From an uncultured Desulfobacteraceae bacterium (GTDB lineage: Bacteria > Desulfobacterota > DSM-4660 > Desulfatiglandales > Desulfatiglandaceae): 64,000 nt of DNA. The DNA lies in assembly GCA_964384085.1 (NCBI GenBank), contig CAYLJZ010000007.1:3340-67339 (forward strand), given 5' to 3'. Shown here piece by piece: positions 1 to 8,522 of this stretch. Made by a program: the position numbers and the translations under genes. Every line of letters begins with the position of its first letter. Positions within the stretch are counted from its first letter, which is position 1. A model generated the notes under the pieces. That model was not told where the DNA came from, searched no databases, and saw only the letters and a program-made list of their open reading frames with translations.

Positions 1-914
1 CGAATCAGTTCGAAGTGATTGGAATGGGTCCGTATTTTCCACCAGATCTGCCCCTGGTTTTCTATCTTCCATGGAGGGGACCACCCGTTTCTATCATTTT
101 TAAGAAGCGCTATGATATTTTCAATCCCCCTTCCGGAAAAAGGTCCTTTGTCCGTCCCGCCCAGCCAGTTTTCCGGAACCGCTGCCTCTACGGACCAGGA
201 GAAAGGATCGGAGAAGAGGAACTGGGCATTCCGTTCCCTGGCCAGACGATGGATCTCTTTCATATGGCGGAGCGGGGCCGGGACCTTGTCGACCAGATTC
301 AGGGAGGCAAGGAACGAAAACGTACCGGATGGAAACGGAAGGGCCTGGGCGTCTGCCACAATAAATTCAATCTTGCGGCTGTTCCAGCCGTCAGGGAGAG
401 TCAGGGTGTGTTCCCTTTGAAGCAGCCCCTCCTCATTCAACTCAATTTTCATGCGCCGATTCATCATCAACTCCCTGGCGCATCCAATAAAGGCCGTAGA
501 ATTGTCCACGCCGATGACAAAGTCGCTCTTGAGACTCATTTCAAAGGTAAAACGCCCTACAGCCGATCCTGCGTCAAGGGCCATTCCGGCATGGGGTCGC
601 ATCAGGTCCGCCCACTCGCGATAGGCAGAGGTCGCCTCCGGATCACCCAGAATATCCCCGTAATGGCTCCACAGATAGGACGAAAGGACCGGGGCGGTCT
701 CATATTTGGAGCCGGATTTTCCCCCCTGTTCCACATGTGCCGGGTCCAGAAATGCTATCCCCTTTCGAATCGGGTAGGCACGGCCGCATCGCGGGCACAC
801 TAACGAACCCTCCAGAATATCGTCTCCCTCCTTTTCGAAAATCGTGCCGTCGAGGATTTTTTCATTCGGAAGGCAGGCAGGGCAGATCAGTAAGTCTAAT
901 AGAATTTGTTTCAT
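1..914 (-). CDS. Trm112-like zinc ribbon fused to a class I SAM-dependent methyltransferase (C-terminus runs off the left window edge)
   Basis: Absent from the ORF track because there is no stop in the window. My reverse translation from the ATG at 914 gives MKQILLDLLICPACLPNEK...LVCPRCGRAYPIRKGIAFL (two CxxC pairs). This is followed by ALDAGSAVGRFTFEM (motif I-like) and FIVADAQALPFPSGTFSFLASLNLVDKV. The listed + ORF 15..803 is its antisense shadow. Confidence 0.7.
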   Translation of the reverse strand, partial: MKQILLDLLICPACLPNEKILDGTIFEKEGDDILEGSLVCPRCGRAYPIRKGIAFLDPAHVEQGGKSGSKYETAPVLSSYLWSHYGDILGDPEATSAYREWADLMRPHAGMALDAGSAVGRFTFEMSLKSDFVIGVDNSTAFIGCARELMMNRRMKIELNEEGLLQREHTLTLPDGWNSRKIEFIVADAQALPFPSGTFSFLASLNLVDKVPAPLRHMKEIHRLARERNAQFLFSDPFSWSVEAAVPENWLGGTDKGPFSGRGIENIIALLKNDRNGWSPPWKIENQGQIWWKIRTHSNHFELI

Positions 915-1104
915 GGCACCTTCTTATCCCAACTGGGTATGACGGAGGGCTTGTCACCTTCGGGGATGAGTATGATTTCAATCAGTTGGTCGATCGTTCT
1001 GCCTGGGTTTTCTTTCCCCAACCCAGAACCTTGAAGGATGAACCTCGAAACCCATTCTCACGGAAAAAATACCAAGAGGATCGATCTCGAAACGCGCCTG
1101 CAAC

Positions 1105-1665
1105 CTACCCCCGCATACCCCTCAGTTCATCGGCCCCTAACCGACTCTTTAATTTAACCGCAATAAGGACGGCGCCCCCGATTTTGAGGGCGTCCCCGAT
1201 CAGAAAGGGGAAGACCCCTACGGTAATGGCCTGGTTCATGGAAAACCTTGCAATCAGTATCAGTTGCACCACGCCGAGGATGTAAATCACGACCGTGCCT
1301 GAACTCATCGCGAACGCGAACCAGACAGGCCCCGGGTCCTTTTTCAGGTCCACCAGTCTCCCGATGACATAGGCCCCGGCAACAAACCCGAGAAGATAAC
1401 CGCCGGTAGGGCCGAGCAAGACCCCCATACCTCCCTTGCCGCCGGCGAACACCGGAAGCCCAATCATCCCGATCAGGAGGTACACTACCTGGCTCAATGC
1501 CCCCAGCCGGGCGCCCAGAAGCGCCGCGGCCAGATACAGAAAAAAGGTCTGAAGGGTAATGGGCACCGGAGGCACGGGGATCATCATATAGGCCCCTGCC
1601 GCGGTCACCGCGCCAAAGACCGACGCATAAATCATTCCCCGAGGCGATAACCCCTTTTGTTTCAT
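1105..1665 (-). CDS. bioY: Biotin transporter BioY (ECF S-component)
   Basis: 186-aa polytopic membrane protein. MIPVPPVPITLQTFFLYLAAALLG and GPTGGYLLGF are typical BioY motifs. It lies immediately downstream of birA. Confidence 0.85.
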   Translation of the reverse strand: MKQKGLSPRGMIYASVFGAVTAAGAYMMIPVPPVPITLQTFFLYLAAALLGARLGALSQVVYLLIGMIGLPVFAGGKGGMGVLLGPTGGYLLGFVAGAYVIGRLVDLKKDPGPVWFAFAMSSGTVVIYILGVVQLILIARFSMNQAITVGVFPFLIGDALKIGGAVLIAVKLKSRLGADELRGMRG

Positions 1666-1674
1666 GCAGTTGAC

Positions 1675-2469
1675 TCACAGGAGAGCGACATCGCCCGACA
1701 CTATCCGGTGAGATACCCCTTCTCTGTCTTTGAGAATCAGAATGCCTTCCGGATCAATATCTTCAACCCATCCGACATAGGTTTTATCCATCATCTCGAC
1801 CCTGACCTCCCGGCCGATACTGTCTGCGAGTTCTTTCCATCGGTCCAGAATCGGCTTAAACCCGGATGACCGCAACCATCTGAGGCATGCCTCCTGCCGC
1901 CTCAGGTATTCTCTGAGGAGACCGGCTCTGGAAAACCGTTTCCCTGTTTCGATCAGAATGGAGGTAGCCGTCTCTTCGATATCATTCGGAAAGGCCGGGG
2001 TGTTGACATTCATCCCGAGGCCCACTACGGCGTAATCCACAGCCCCTTTTTCTGCGCTGATTTCCGTCAGAATGCCGGCAACCTTCTTCCCGTTGATAAG
2101 GATATCGTTGGGCCACTTGATCCTCACATCCTGGTCTGTGGAATGGAGCAGCGTCTCGGCCGCAGCAACCGCGGTCAGAAAGGTTATCCTCGTTGCCTCG
2201 CTGGCCGGAATGGCCGGTCTCAGGATGAGGGAGGCGTAAATGCCGGCGCCGGAGGGGGAAAACCAGGTTCTTCCCTTCCTTCCCCTTCCTCGAGTCTGAC
2301 TTTCGGCGATCACAAGGGTCCCCTCGGGCGCCCCCTTCTCAGCCAGATCCCTGGCCCTGGCATTGGTAGAGTCTGTTTCTTCGAAGTGGACGATCTCTTT
2401 CTTTCCGAAAATATCTGTAGTGAGCCCTTCCACGATTTCAGAGGGGAGGAGCATATCGCATTCGCTCAT
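1675..2469 (-). CDS. birA: Biotin--[acetyl-CoA-carboxylase] ligase, group I (no N-terminal HTH)
   Basis: Contains the GRGRKGRTWFSPSGAGIY biotin-protein-ligase signature (GRGRxGRxW). At 264 aa it has no room for a repressor HTH domain. Confidence 0.9.
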   Translation of the reverse strand: MSECDMLLPSEIVEGLTTDIFGKKEIVHFEETDSTNARARDLAEKGAPEGTLVIAESQTRGRGRKGRTWFSPSGAGIYASLILRPAIPASEATRITFLTAVAAAETLLHSTDQDVRIKWPNDILINGKKVAGILTEISAEKGAVDYAVVGLGMNVNTPAFPNDIEETATSILIETGKRFSRAGLLREYLRRQEACLRWLRSSGFKPILDRWKELADSIGREVRVEMMDKTYVGWVEDIDPEGILILKDREGVSHRIVSGDVALL

Positions 2470-3054
2470 TCTGTGCTGTCCTTTTCAATGAAGCAAGTGG
2501 TTCTGAGCCCCTTGGGCGGCTCGAAAACAATTAAAATCCATTTTAACACCTTTCTTTGGGATCGTCAAAGCCCGAGTTGTTGGAGGGATTTGCGCTGTAC
2601 CGTTTTTTCAGTCAGACAATACAAACTAAATATAATAAATAATAGTATATACTGCATCAATATAGATCACTGCAAAATTGGGCATTCGTTTAAAAACCAT
2701 GGAAATCGACGGGAAAAAGTGGGGTGAAATTGTTTTGGGCATCCCACAAACCTTAATCATTCCAAATGGTTAAGTACAGCGCAAACCCCTCTGTTGCGGG
2801 GGGCGGCATTCCGGCCGGAACCGAAACCCTTGGACCTTGTGTCCAGCAGGGTGAGCTTCCCTGGTTTTCTGTCGCGGAAAGCAAGAGGACCTAGCTCTTT
2901 GTGGCTTTTCTGTGAAACCTTTATTGCTGTCATTTCACTGAGGTGTCTTTGTTTGAGATATTTTTTGGTTGTGGTTGTACCTCGTTAGGATATAAAGTAG
3001 ACAACATACCACGAAGTCATTGACATGAACTCATTCAAGAAAGGAGGCATAACC

Positions 3055-3768
3055 ATGTTAGTCAAAAACTGGATGAGCAAAGAGGTCATCACGGTCGATG
3101 TAAACGACTCTATGTCGGACGCTTTCAGTCTTATGAAACAACATCATTTCAGAGGGCTGCCGGTTATGAAAAACGGAAAGATGGTAGGCATAGTGACGGA
3201 CAGGGACCTGAAAAGGGCGTCAGCCTCCGATGCCAATACTCTGGATATTCACGAACTGTTGTACCTGATCTCCAAAATAAAGGTCCGGGATATTATGACC
3301 AAAGACCCGATCACCATTCCTGTTGACTACACGGTTGAGGAGGCCGCCGAAGTTCTCCTGGAGAATAAGCTGTCGCGGGCGCCGGTGGTGGACGCCGATG
3401 GTAAATTGGTGGGCATGATCACCCAGTCGGATATTTTTCGAGTGCTGGTTTCCTTGACGGGCGTCCGCGAAAAGGGCATCCAGCTTGGCTTTCTGCTGGA
3501 AGACCGGTCAGGCTCCATTAAGGAGGTGGCGGATGTGCTTCGCAGCTATGGGTGTCGCGTGGGCAGCATCATGAGTTCCACGGCGAGCCCTGGAAGTTCC
3601 AGACATGTCTACATAAGGGTGTTCGACTGCGACAGGGGACGAATGGAGGAGATGAAGGCGGCCTTGAAGGCCAAGGGGAATCTCCTCTACCTGGTGGACC
3701 GCCGGGAAAAGACCAAGGAGATTTTTCAGGATTACGCCAGACCTCGCGGCGCCTGGATCGTTGGATAA
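3055..3768 (+). CDS. CBS-pair plus ACT-like domain protein (AcuB-like)
   Basis: Two CBS repeats (VITVDVNDSM...GLPVMKNGKMVGIVTDRDL and ITIPVDYTVEEA...APVVDADGKLVGMITQSDI) plus a C-terminal ACT-like region. I prefer the ATG at 3055 because AAAGGAGG lies 8 nt upstream; the ORF track starts at 3025. Confidence 0.8.
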   Translation: MLVKNWMSKEVITVDVNDSMSDAFSLMKQHHFRGLPVMKNGKMVGIVTDRDLKRASASDANTLDIHELLYLISKIKVRDIMTKDPITIPVDYTVEEAAEVLLENKLSRAPVVDADGKLVGMITQSDIFRVLVSLTGVREKGIQLGFLLEDRSGSIKEVADVLRSYGCRVGSIMSSTASPGSSRHVYIRVFDCDRGRMEEMKAALKAKGNLLYLVDRREKTKEIFQDYARPRGAWIVG

Positions 3769-3782
3769 GGGGACGCAAAGAA

Positions 3783-5414
3783 ATGGATCAGGATAGAGAT
3801 TCAACCCAGGAGGTAAATACTCCTCCCTTGATTCGAAGAGGGGCCCAGTCGCGGGTCCCTCTCAAGGCGGCCATCATCGGTGGCGGCAAGGCCTGTGACG
3901 ACCTCCTGATCCTTTTGAGTCAGGAGCGACTGAAGCGGTTGAACATGGAGATTGTGGGCGTTGCCGATCGAATCCCCACTGCCCCGGGCATCTCCCGTGC
4001 CCAGCGGATGGGGATATTCACGACCATTGATTTCAAGAAGTTGTATGACATCCCTGGCTTAAATCTCCTCATTGAACTGACAGGATCCAACGAGGTCCGG
4101 GCAGAGCTCATTCGCACCAAGCCCCTGGATATCAGCTCCATCGACCACCGAGGGGCCCGCCTGCTGTGGGACCTGGTCCAGATTGAGACAGAGAAACAGC
4201 AGGTGCAGCGAGAAGGCGAGCAGAAACTTCATCAGTTCTTGGAGTCAGCCCAGGATATTATCTGCATCAAGGACCTTGAAGGCCGCTATCTGTATGTCAA
4301 TCCTGCCACAGTTCACTACATCGGGATGCCCACGGAAGCGGTGATCGGCAAGACCGATGCAGAGATATTCAAGGCGCCTCTGGCCAGGGCCATGGCGGCC
4401 CACGATCAGCAGGTCCTTGACCAGAAACGGACCCTCTTTTTTAATGAGAAAATGCGGGTCAATGGACAGACCTTTCACTTTCACACGGTCCGCTTCCCCA
4501 TTCTGAACGACCAGGGGGAGATGGTGTCGTTCGCCATTATGGCGAGGGATATGACAGAGGAAATCGATCTTCAGGAAGCGGTGCGGCAGAATAAAGAATA
4601 TTTGGAAAACATTCTGGCCAATTCCTCTGACATGATCATCACGACTGATCTCAAGGGCCGCGTCGTCACCTTCAATCCGGCAGGGGAGCGACTGCTGGGC
4701 TACAGTCGGGATGAAATCATCGGCGCCGGCATTGACAGATTGTGGAAGGCGCCGGATGAGCGCAAAAAGCTCATGACCGAGGTGAAAACACGCGGCGCGG
4801 TCAATAATTTCCCTGCGACGCTCATGTCAAAGTCCGGCAACGAGGTGGAGATCAGTCTTTCCCTGTCACAGTTGAGAAACAGCGAGGGCCGCGTATTGGG
4901 GACGGTGGGCATCAGCAGGGATGTCACAGAGGAAAACCGGTTGCGTCGGCAGTTGATGGAGCAGGAACGCCTCGCCACAGTGGGGGAAACCGTTGCCGGG
5001 ATCACCCACTGCATCAAAAATGTCCTCAATGGACTCAAGGGCGGTTCCTACATGCTGAACGTGGGCCTGAAGCGGAAAGACGACCAACTGGTGAAGGAGG
5101 GCTGGGGGACTGTCGAAAACGGGATTGAACGGATCAGCAGGCTCAGCCTGGACATGCTCAACTATTGCCGCGACAGAAAGCCGACGCGAATACCCACAGA
5201 CCCTTTAAAGCTGGCGAGTGAGACCGTTGCCCTGGTTGCCGCCGCTGCGGAACAGGAAGGGATTCGCATTTCCTGCCAGGGTAATGCGGCGGCTCCGGTT
5301 AAAAATGCAGGCCTCAGAAAATACCCCTTCTCATCGAAGCAGCTCTTGAAAAGATCTATGAGGGTCCTCGCATCTTCGGCCGTAATGCCGAAATCCTCGG
5401 CAATGGTTTCATAG
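3783..5414 (+). CDS. PAS/PAC sensor histidine kinase, apparently truncated: the HisKA H-box is present but no HATPase_c domain
   Basis: N-terminal Rossmann-like module (AAIIGGGKACDDL), two PAS-like blocks and the H-box ERLATVGETVAGITHCIKNVLNGL. Family-like sequence stops near ...EQEGIRIS (about 5270). The remaining 48 codons are antisense to ORF 5162..5701. Start moved to the ATG at 3783, after the CBS gene stop. Confidence 0.65.
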   Translation: MDQDRDSTQEVNTPPLIRRGAQSRVPLKAAIIGGGKACDDLLILLSQERLKRLNMEIVGVADRIPTAPGISRAQRMGIFTTIDFKKLYDIPGLNLLIELTGSNEVRAELIRTKPLDISSIDHRGARLLWDLVQIETEKQQVQREGEQKLHQFLESAQDIICIKDLEGRYLYVNPATVHYIGMPTEAVIGKTDAEIFKAPLARAMAAHDQQVLDQKRTLFFNEKMRVNGQTFHFHTVRFPILNDQGEMVSFAIMARDMTEEIDLQEAVRQNKEYLENILANSSDMIITTDLKGRVVTFNPAGERLLGYSRDEIIGAGIDRLWKAPDERKKLMTEVKTRGAVNNFPATLMSKSGNEVEISLSLSQLRNSEGRVLGTVGISRDVTEENRLRRQLMEQERLATVGETVAGITHCIKNVLNGLKGGSYMLNVGLKRKDDQLVKEGWGTVENGIERISRLSLDMLNYCRDRKPTRIPTDPLKLASETVALVAAAAEQEGIRISCQGNAAAPVKNAGLRKYPFSSKQLLKRSMRVLASSAVMPKSSAMVS

Positions 5415-5856
5415 TCGCTGGCATCGAAGTCCACCGAATGGTGAATCATCTGGCGCATCTTTCGACGGGTCCCGAACCGGTGCTTGAAGAAAGAGACCAT
5501 TCCCCGGAGTTTCTCGTGGAGCCTTCGTCCCCTCGAATCCTCTTTGCCAGGCTGGCCCTTGTCCACGGAATCTTCAATGCTCAAACGGTCAAAGACCTCA
5601 TCCGGGACCTGGTCCAGCCGCTCACGCATACTCCCCAGGACCTCTTTCTCGACCCTTGGGTCCTCGCCGTCAGGTTCGATTTCATCGAGAAAATCCGTCA
5701 CCCGTTCCAGTCGGGCATCGAGGGCGTCGCACCCAGTGCGAAGGAAAGGTCCCCCCCGTCGCGACCGCTGGCGATGACACGGGCCGATGTATCGATGCCG
5801 CCCAGGGCCTTGAAGAGATTCTGGGCCGCCTCGTCGAGTACAATCTCCTTTTTCAT
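5162..5856 (-). pseudogene. Hypothetical protein gene disrupted by a frameshift at a C7/G7 run and overlapping the kinase 3' end
   Basis: A 52-codon ORF (ATG at 5856, stop at 5698..5700) and ORF 5162..5701 are joined by a 1-nt shift inside the homopolymer at 5751..5757. The shifted frame reads ...RGGPFLRTGCDALDARLERVTDFLDEIEPDG... I recognise no family. Confidence 0.4.
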
Positions 5857-5972
5857 AGCATGGACGGCGACCCCTCAGATGCGTGTTTTTGGCGTGGCAA
5901 TACGTTCAAGGTTCAGAGGTTCAGGGTTGAGTGGCGCCATGGTTTTGAGTCTCTTTTCACAATAAACGATTG

Positions 5973-6764
5973 TTATCGTATTTTCAATTCTGGTATGGGC
6001 GCATCACCAGAGATTCGGCCAATCGCCCCTGCTGTGACCCAACCCCGGTTCTTATCCGACACCCGGATCAGGGACCATCCATCCTCTGATCGTTCCTGGT
6101 GGACCAGCGTTCCCTCATGGAGCTTGAAAAGGACGGTATCGGCCGTGTCGGGTCCGGCCAGGATATCGACCTCTTTCTGCAGCACGACTGCCCGGTCGTC
6201 GCTGGTGATCCGGTAATATTTCAGTCCGAAAGAGAGGCCTGCGACAAACCAGAGCGAGGTGGCCAGGAGGAGGAGATAAAAGAGCCATTCCGACCGGTTG
6301 AAAAGACGAATGAGGAGAAGCGACCAGAAAAGAAGGTTCAGAAGGGCAAAGGCCGCGAACAGCTCGCCGAGGCTGAATGACCTCAGCCAGAAAAATGCCG
6401 TCTCGATGGCGCCCCGAAGGTCTCCGATGGCGTCCCGGGTCTGGTCCCGGGCATGGGAGAGATTGAAGCGGAGATCCGGGTCCCTCGGTATCCGTAATAG
6501 GGCCCGTTCATAGGCCCAGATGGCCCGGCCGAGCTGGTCGGACTTGAGATAGGCGTTCCCCAGGTTGTAGTAGACCGCACCCCCGTCATTCCCCGAGCGG
6601 ATGAGACGGAGATAGCCCTCGATCGCCTCCTGAAAACGGCCCTCTCCATACGCCTGGTTTGCCTTGTAAAACGTCTCTTCCCGGCCGGTTTCGCCCGAGG
6701 CGACTGACAGGACCGAAAGCCAGGCCGCCAGAACAGCTATGGTCAACCAGATCCTTTTTCTCAC
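5973..6764 (-). CDS. batE: BatE-like TPR / transmembrane / SH3 protein
   Basis: Signal peptide, TPR repeats (YNLGNAYLKSDQLGRAIWAYERAL), TM helices and a C-terminal SH3-like domain (GWSLIRVSDKNRGWV). It is the last gene of the Bat operon. Confidence 0.7.
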   Translation of the reverse strand: MRKRIWLTIAVLAAWLSVLSVASGETGREETFYKANQAYGEGRFQEAIEGYLRLIRSGNDGGAVYYNLGNAYLKSDQLGRAIWAYERALLRIPRDPDLRFNLSHARDQTRDAIGDLRGAIETAFFWLRSFSLGELFAAFALLNLLFWSLLLIRLFNRSEWLFYLLLLATSLWFVAGLSFGLKYYRITSDDRAVVLQKEVDILAGPDTADTVLFKLHEGTLVHQERSEDGWSLIRVSDKNRGWVTAGAIGRISGDAPIPELKIR

Positions 6765-8521
6765 CGAATCTCCCTCTCGATTTCCCGAACGATTCCGGTG
6801 AGCTCCTGGCCGATGCCGTGCGCTACCTGGCCCTTGCCGGCATAGATAGCGTTTTCGATCCTTCCCATGGCGTCCCGCAGATTTCCAGCCGTTTCCTTGC
6901 GCACCCCTTTCGACGTCAAAATACCGGCCGCATCCTCAGGCGTGAGGGAGGCCAGGGTCAGACCGAAACGGTCGTTAAAATACTCCCTCACCATTCGGCT
7001 GAGGCCTTCCGGATCGGTTTCCCCGCAGTGTCGGCACTCTCGAATCAGATGCCTGGCCGCCCGTTTTGCCCGCTGGGCAGGGAGGGTCTGGAGCGACCGC
7101 TGTTTAAGCCGCCAGCCCACAAATGTGGACGCATAGACAAACGGCGGCAGGAGGAGGAGAGCCCAGAGAAACAGGCCCCCGTTTCGTGCCCACGACCTGG
7201 TTTCCAGGTCCTTGAAAGAGGCATGAAGGGGGAGAATATCGTGCCCAATCTCTCGAATCTCCTCCTTTTCGAGTCGCTGAGTCCCCTCCTCTTTTTCTCC
7301 TTCGGCCTCTACCATGATCATTTTTCCCTTTCCGGGTATAACGGCCAGGGAGTGCGCCGGGCTTTTGAGGACCTGATACTCGCCTGCCTTGGGATCGAAA
7401 AAGCTGATAGACACCGGGGGAATTTGATAATCGCCCGGCAGTTCGGGCACAATGGCCCATTTCATGGTCTTCGCGCCGGCCAGACCGTTGAGGTCGTGGG
7501 CTGCCGCAAAAACCGGCTGGTCTGCATAGATCTTCATTGAATCGATCGAGGGCAGCTTGAGGTCCGGTATTCGATGGACGTTTCCCCTGCCGCTTACCTG
7601 CACGGTCAGGGTGGCGGATTCGCCCGCCCGGACCTTGGGCGGCGCCAACTCGGAGGCTATGGTGAAGCTTCCCACGAGCCCGCTGAAATTCTTCGGTTTA
7701 CCCTGAGTGGGAAGGGACACAACCTTCAACTCAAGTGGGTCACTGGACACGCTCACCGGCCGGCCCGTTCTGAAAAAGGGATCCGAAAAAAAAGGATCAT
7801 CAAAAAATCCCCTTCTGGACTGTTGACCGGACCCATAGGAGGTCATATCCATTCGAGCGGGCTGAATGACGTGATCCCCCTCCTTCAGGACCATGATGGC
7901 ATACGTTGCCTCCACGATCTGGCAGGGGTGCCCATCCAGCACCCCCTGGTACTCCCGGGGCTTGTCCAGTTGCTGGAAGGTCAGATGGTCCTGCTCCGGA
8001 AGCTGAAGCGAAATATTGGATACCCGGGTCCTCAGATATAACCTGAGGGTGTAGAGGACCTGTTCCTCGACATATGCCTTGTTCGACGAGAGGGTGGCTG
8101 TCAGGAAAATGGGTCCCCTGGCCGGAGAGTCGGAAGATGTGCCCTTGCCAACGGTCAACTGGGCCGTCTTGCTTTGAAAGGCCTTGCCATCCACCTGGAC
8201 CGTGGCAGGGCCGACCTGAAAGGTCCCCGTCTGAGACGGCGTGAGATAATAGGTATAGTCGACCCCTGAACGGATGGTTCCGTTGATGATCTCCACCCGG
8301 CTCGAACTTCCGCCCTGGGTCACTCGAAACCGATCCAGCCCGTCGATGACGGGCGGCGCGTCGCATCGCTTGGCGCCGGACACACCGACAACCATTCGTA
8401 TGGAATCGGAGAGCGTCGCCTCCTGGCGGTCCAGCGTCAGTGAAACCGAGACGTCCGCGTAGGCCTTCGATAACACCGGAACTGCCAAGAAAAACGCCAC
8501 CAACAGGGCAAGCTTTCTCAT
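6761..8521 (-). CDS. batD: BatD-like oxygen-tolerance protein
   Basis: Signal peptide, large repeated beta-rich periplasmic region, a TM segment (LFLWALLLLPPFVY) and a C-terminal helical tail. Operon position fits BatD. Start set at the ATG at 8521 (MRKLALLV), 1 nt after the batC stop. Confidence 0.75.
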   Translation of the reverse strand: MRKLALLVAFFLAVPVLSKAYADVSVSLTLDRQEATLSDSIRMVVGVSGAKRCDAPPVIDGLDRFRVTQGGSSSRVEIINGTIRSGVDYTYYLTPSQTGTFQVGPATVQVDGKAFQSKTAQLTVGKGTSSDSPARGPIFLTATLSSNKAYVEEQVLYTLRLYLRTRVSNISLQLPEQDHLTFQQLDKPREYQGVLDGHPCQIVEATYAIMVLKEGDHVIQPARMDMTSYGSGQQSRRGFFDDPFFSDPFFRTGRPVSVSSDPLELKVVSLPTQGKPKNFSGLVGSFTIASELAPPKVRAGESATLTVQVSGRGNVHRIPDLKLPSIDSMKIYADQPVFAAAHDLNGLAGAKTMKWAIVPELPGDYQIPPVSISFFDPKAGEYQVLKSPAHSLAVIPGKGKMIMVEAEGEKEEGTQRLEKEEIREIGHDILPLHASFKDLETRSWARNGGLFLWALLLLPPFVYASTFVGWRLKQRSLQTLPAQRAKRAARHLIRECRHCGETDPEGLSRMVREYFNDRFGLTLASLTPEDAAGILTSKGVRKETAGNLRDAMGRIENAIYAGKGQVAHGIGQELTGIVREIEREIR

Positions 8522-8522
8522 C

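Noticed and set aside
15-803. Listed + strand ORFs (262 aa and 133 aa) at the left edge
   Set aside because: Their sequences are low-complexity P/G/R-rich. The opposite strand reads a clean Trm112-methyltransferase with SAM-binding motifs through the same nucleotides, so these are antisense shadow ORFs.
2780-2900. GC-rich structured stretch considered as SRP (4.5S) RNA, 6S RNA or RNase P RNA
   Set aside because: I could not find the conserved SRP domain IV sequence (GGAA tetraloop flanked by AGGAAGCAGC-type loops), the RNase P P4 GAGGAAAGUCC motif or the tmRNA termini on either strand. The stretch is kept only as an unexplained structured spacer.
3552-3782. Long N-terminal extension of the kinase ORF (ORF-track start 3552), which overlaps the CBS/ACT gene
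   Set aside because: The extension is the out-of-frame read of the CBS gene 3' end. An ATG at 3783 just after the CBS stop, with an upstream purine-rich stretch, gives a sensible start.
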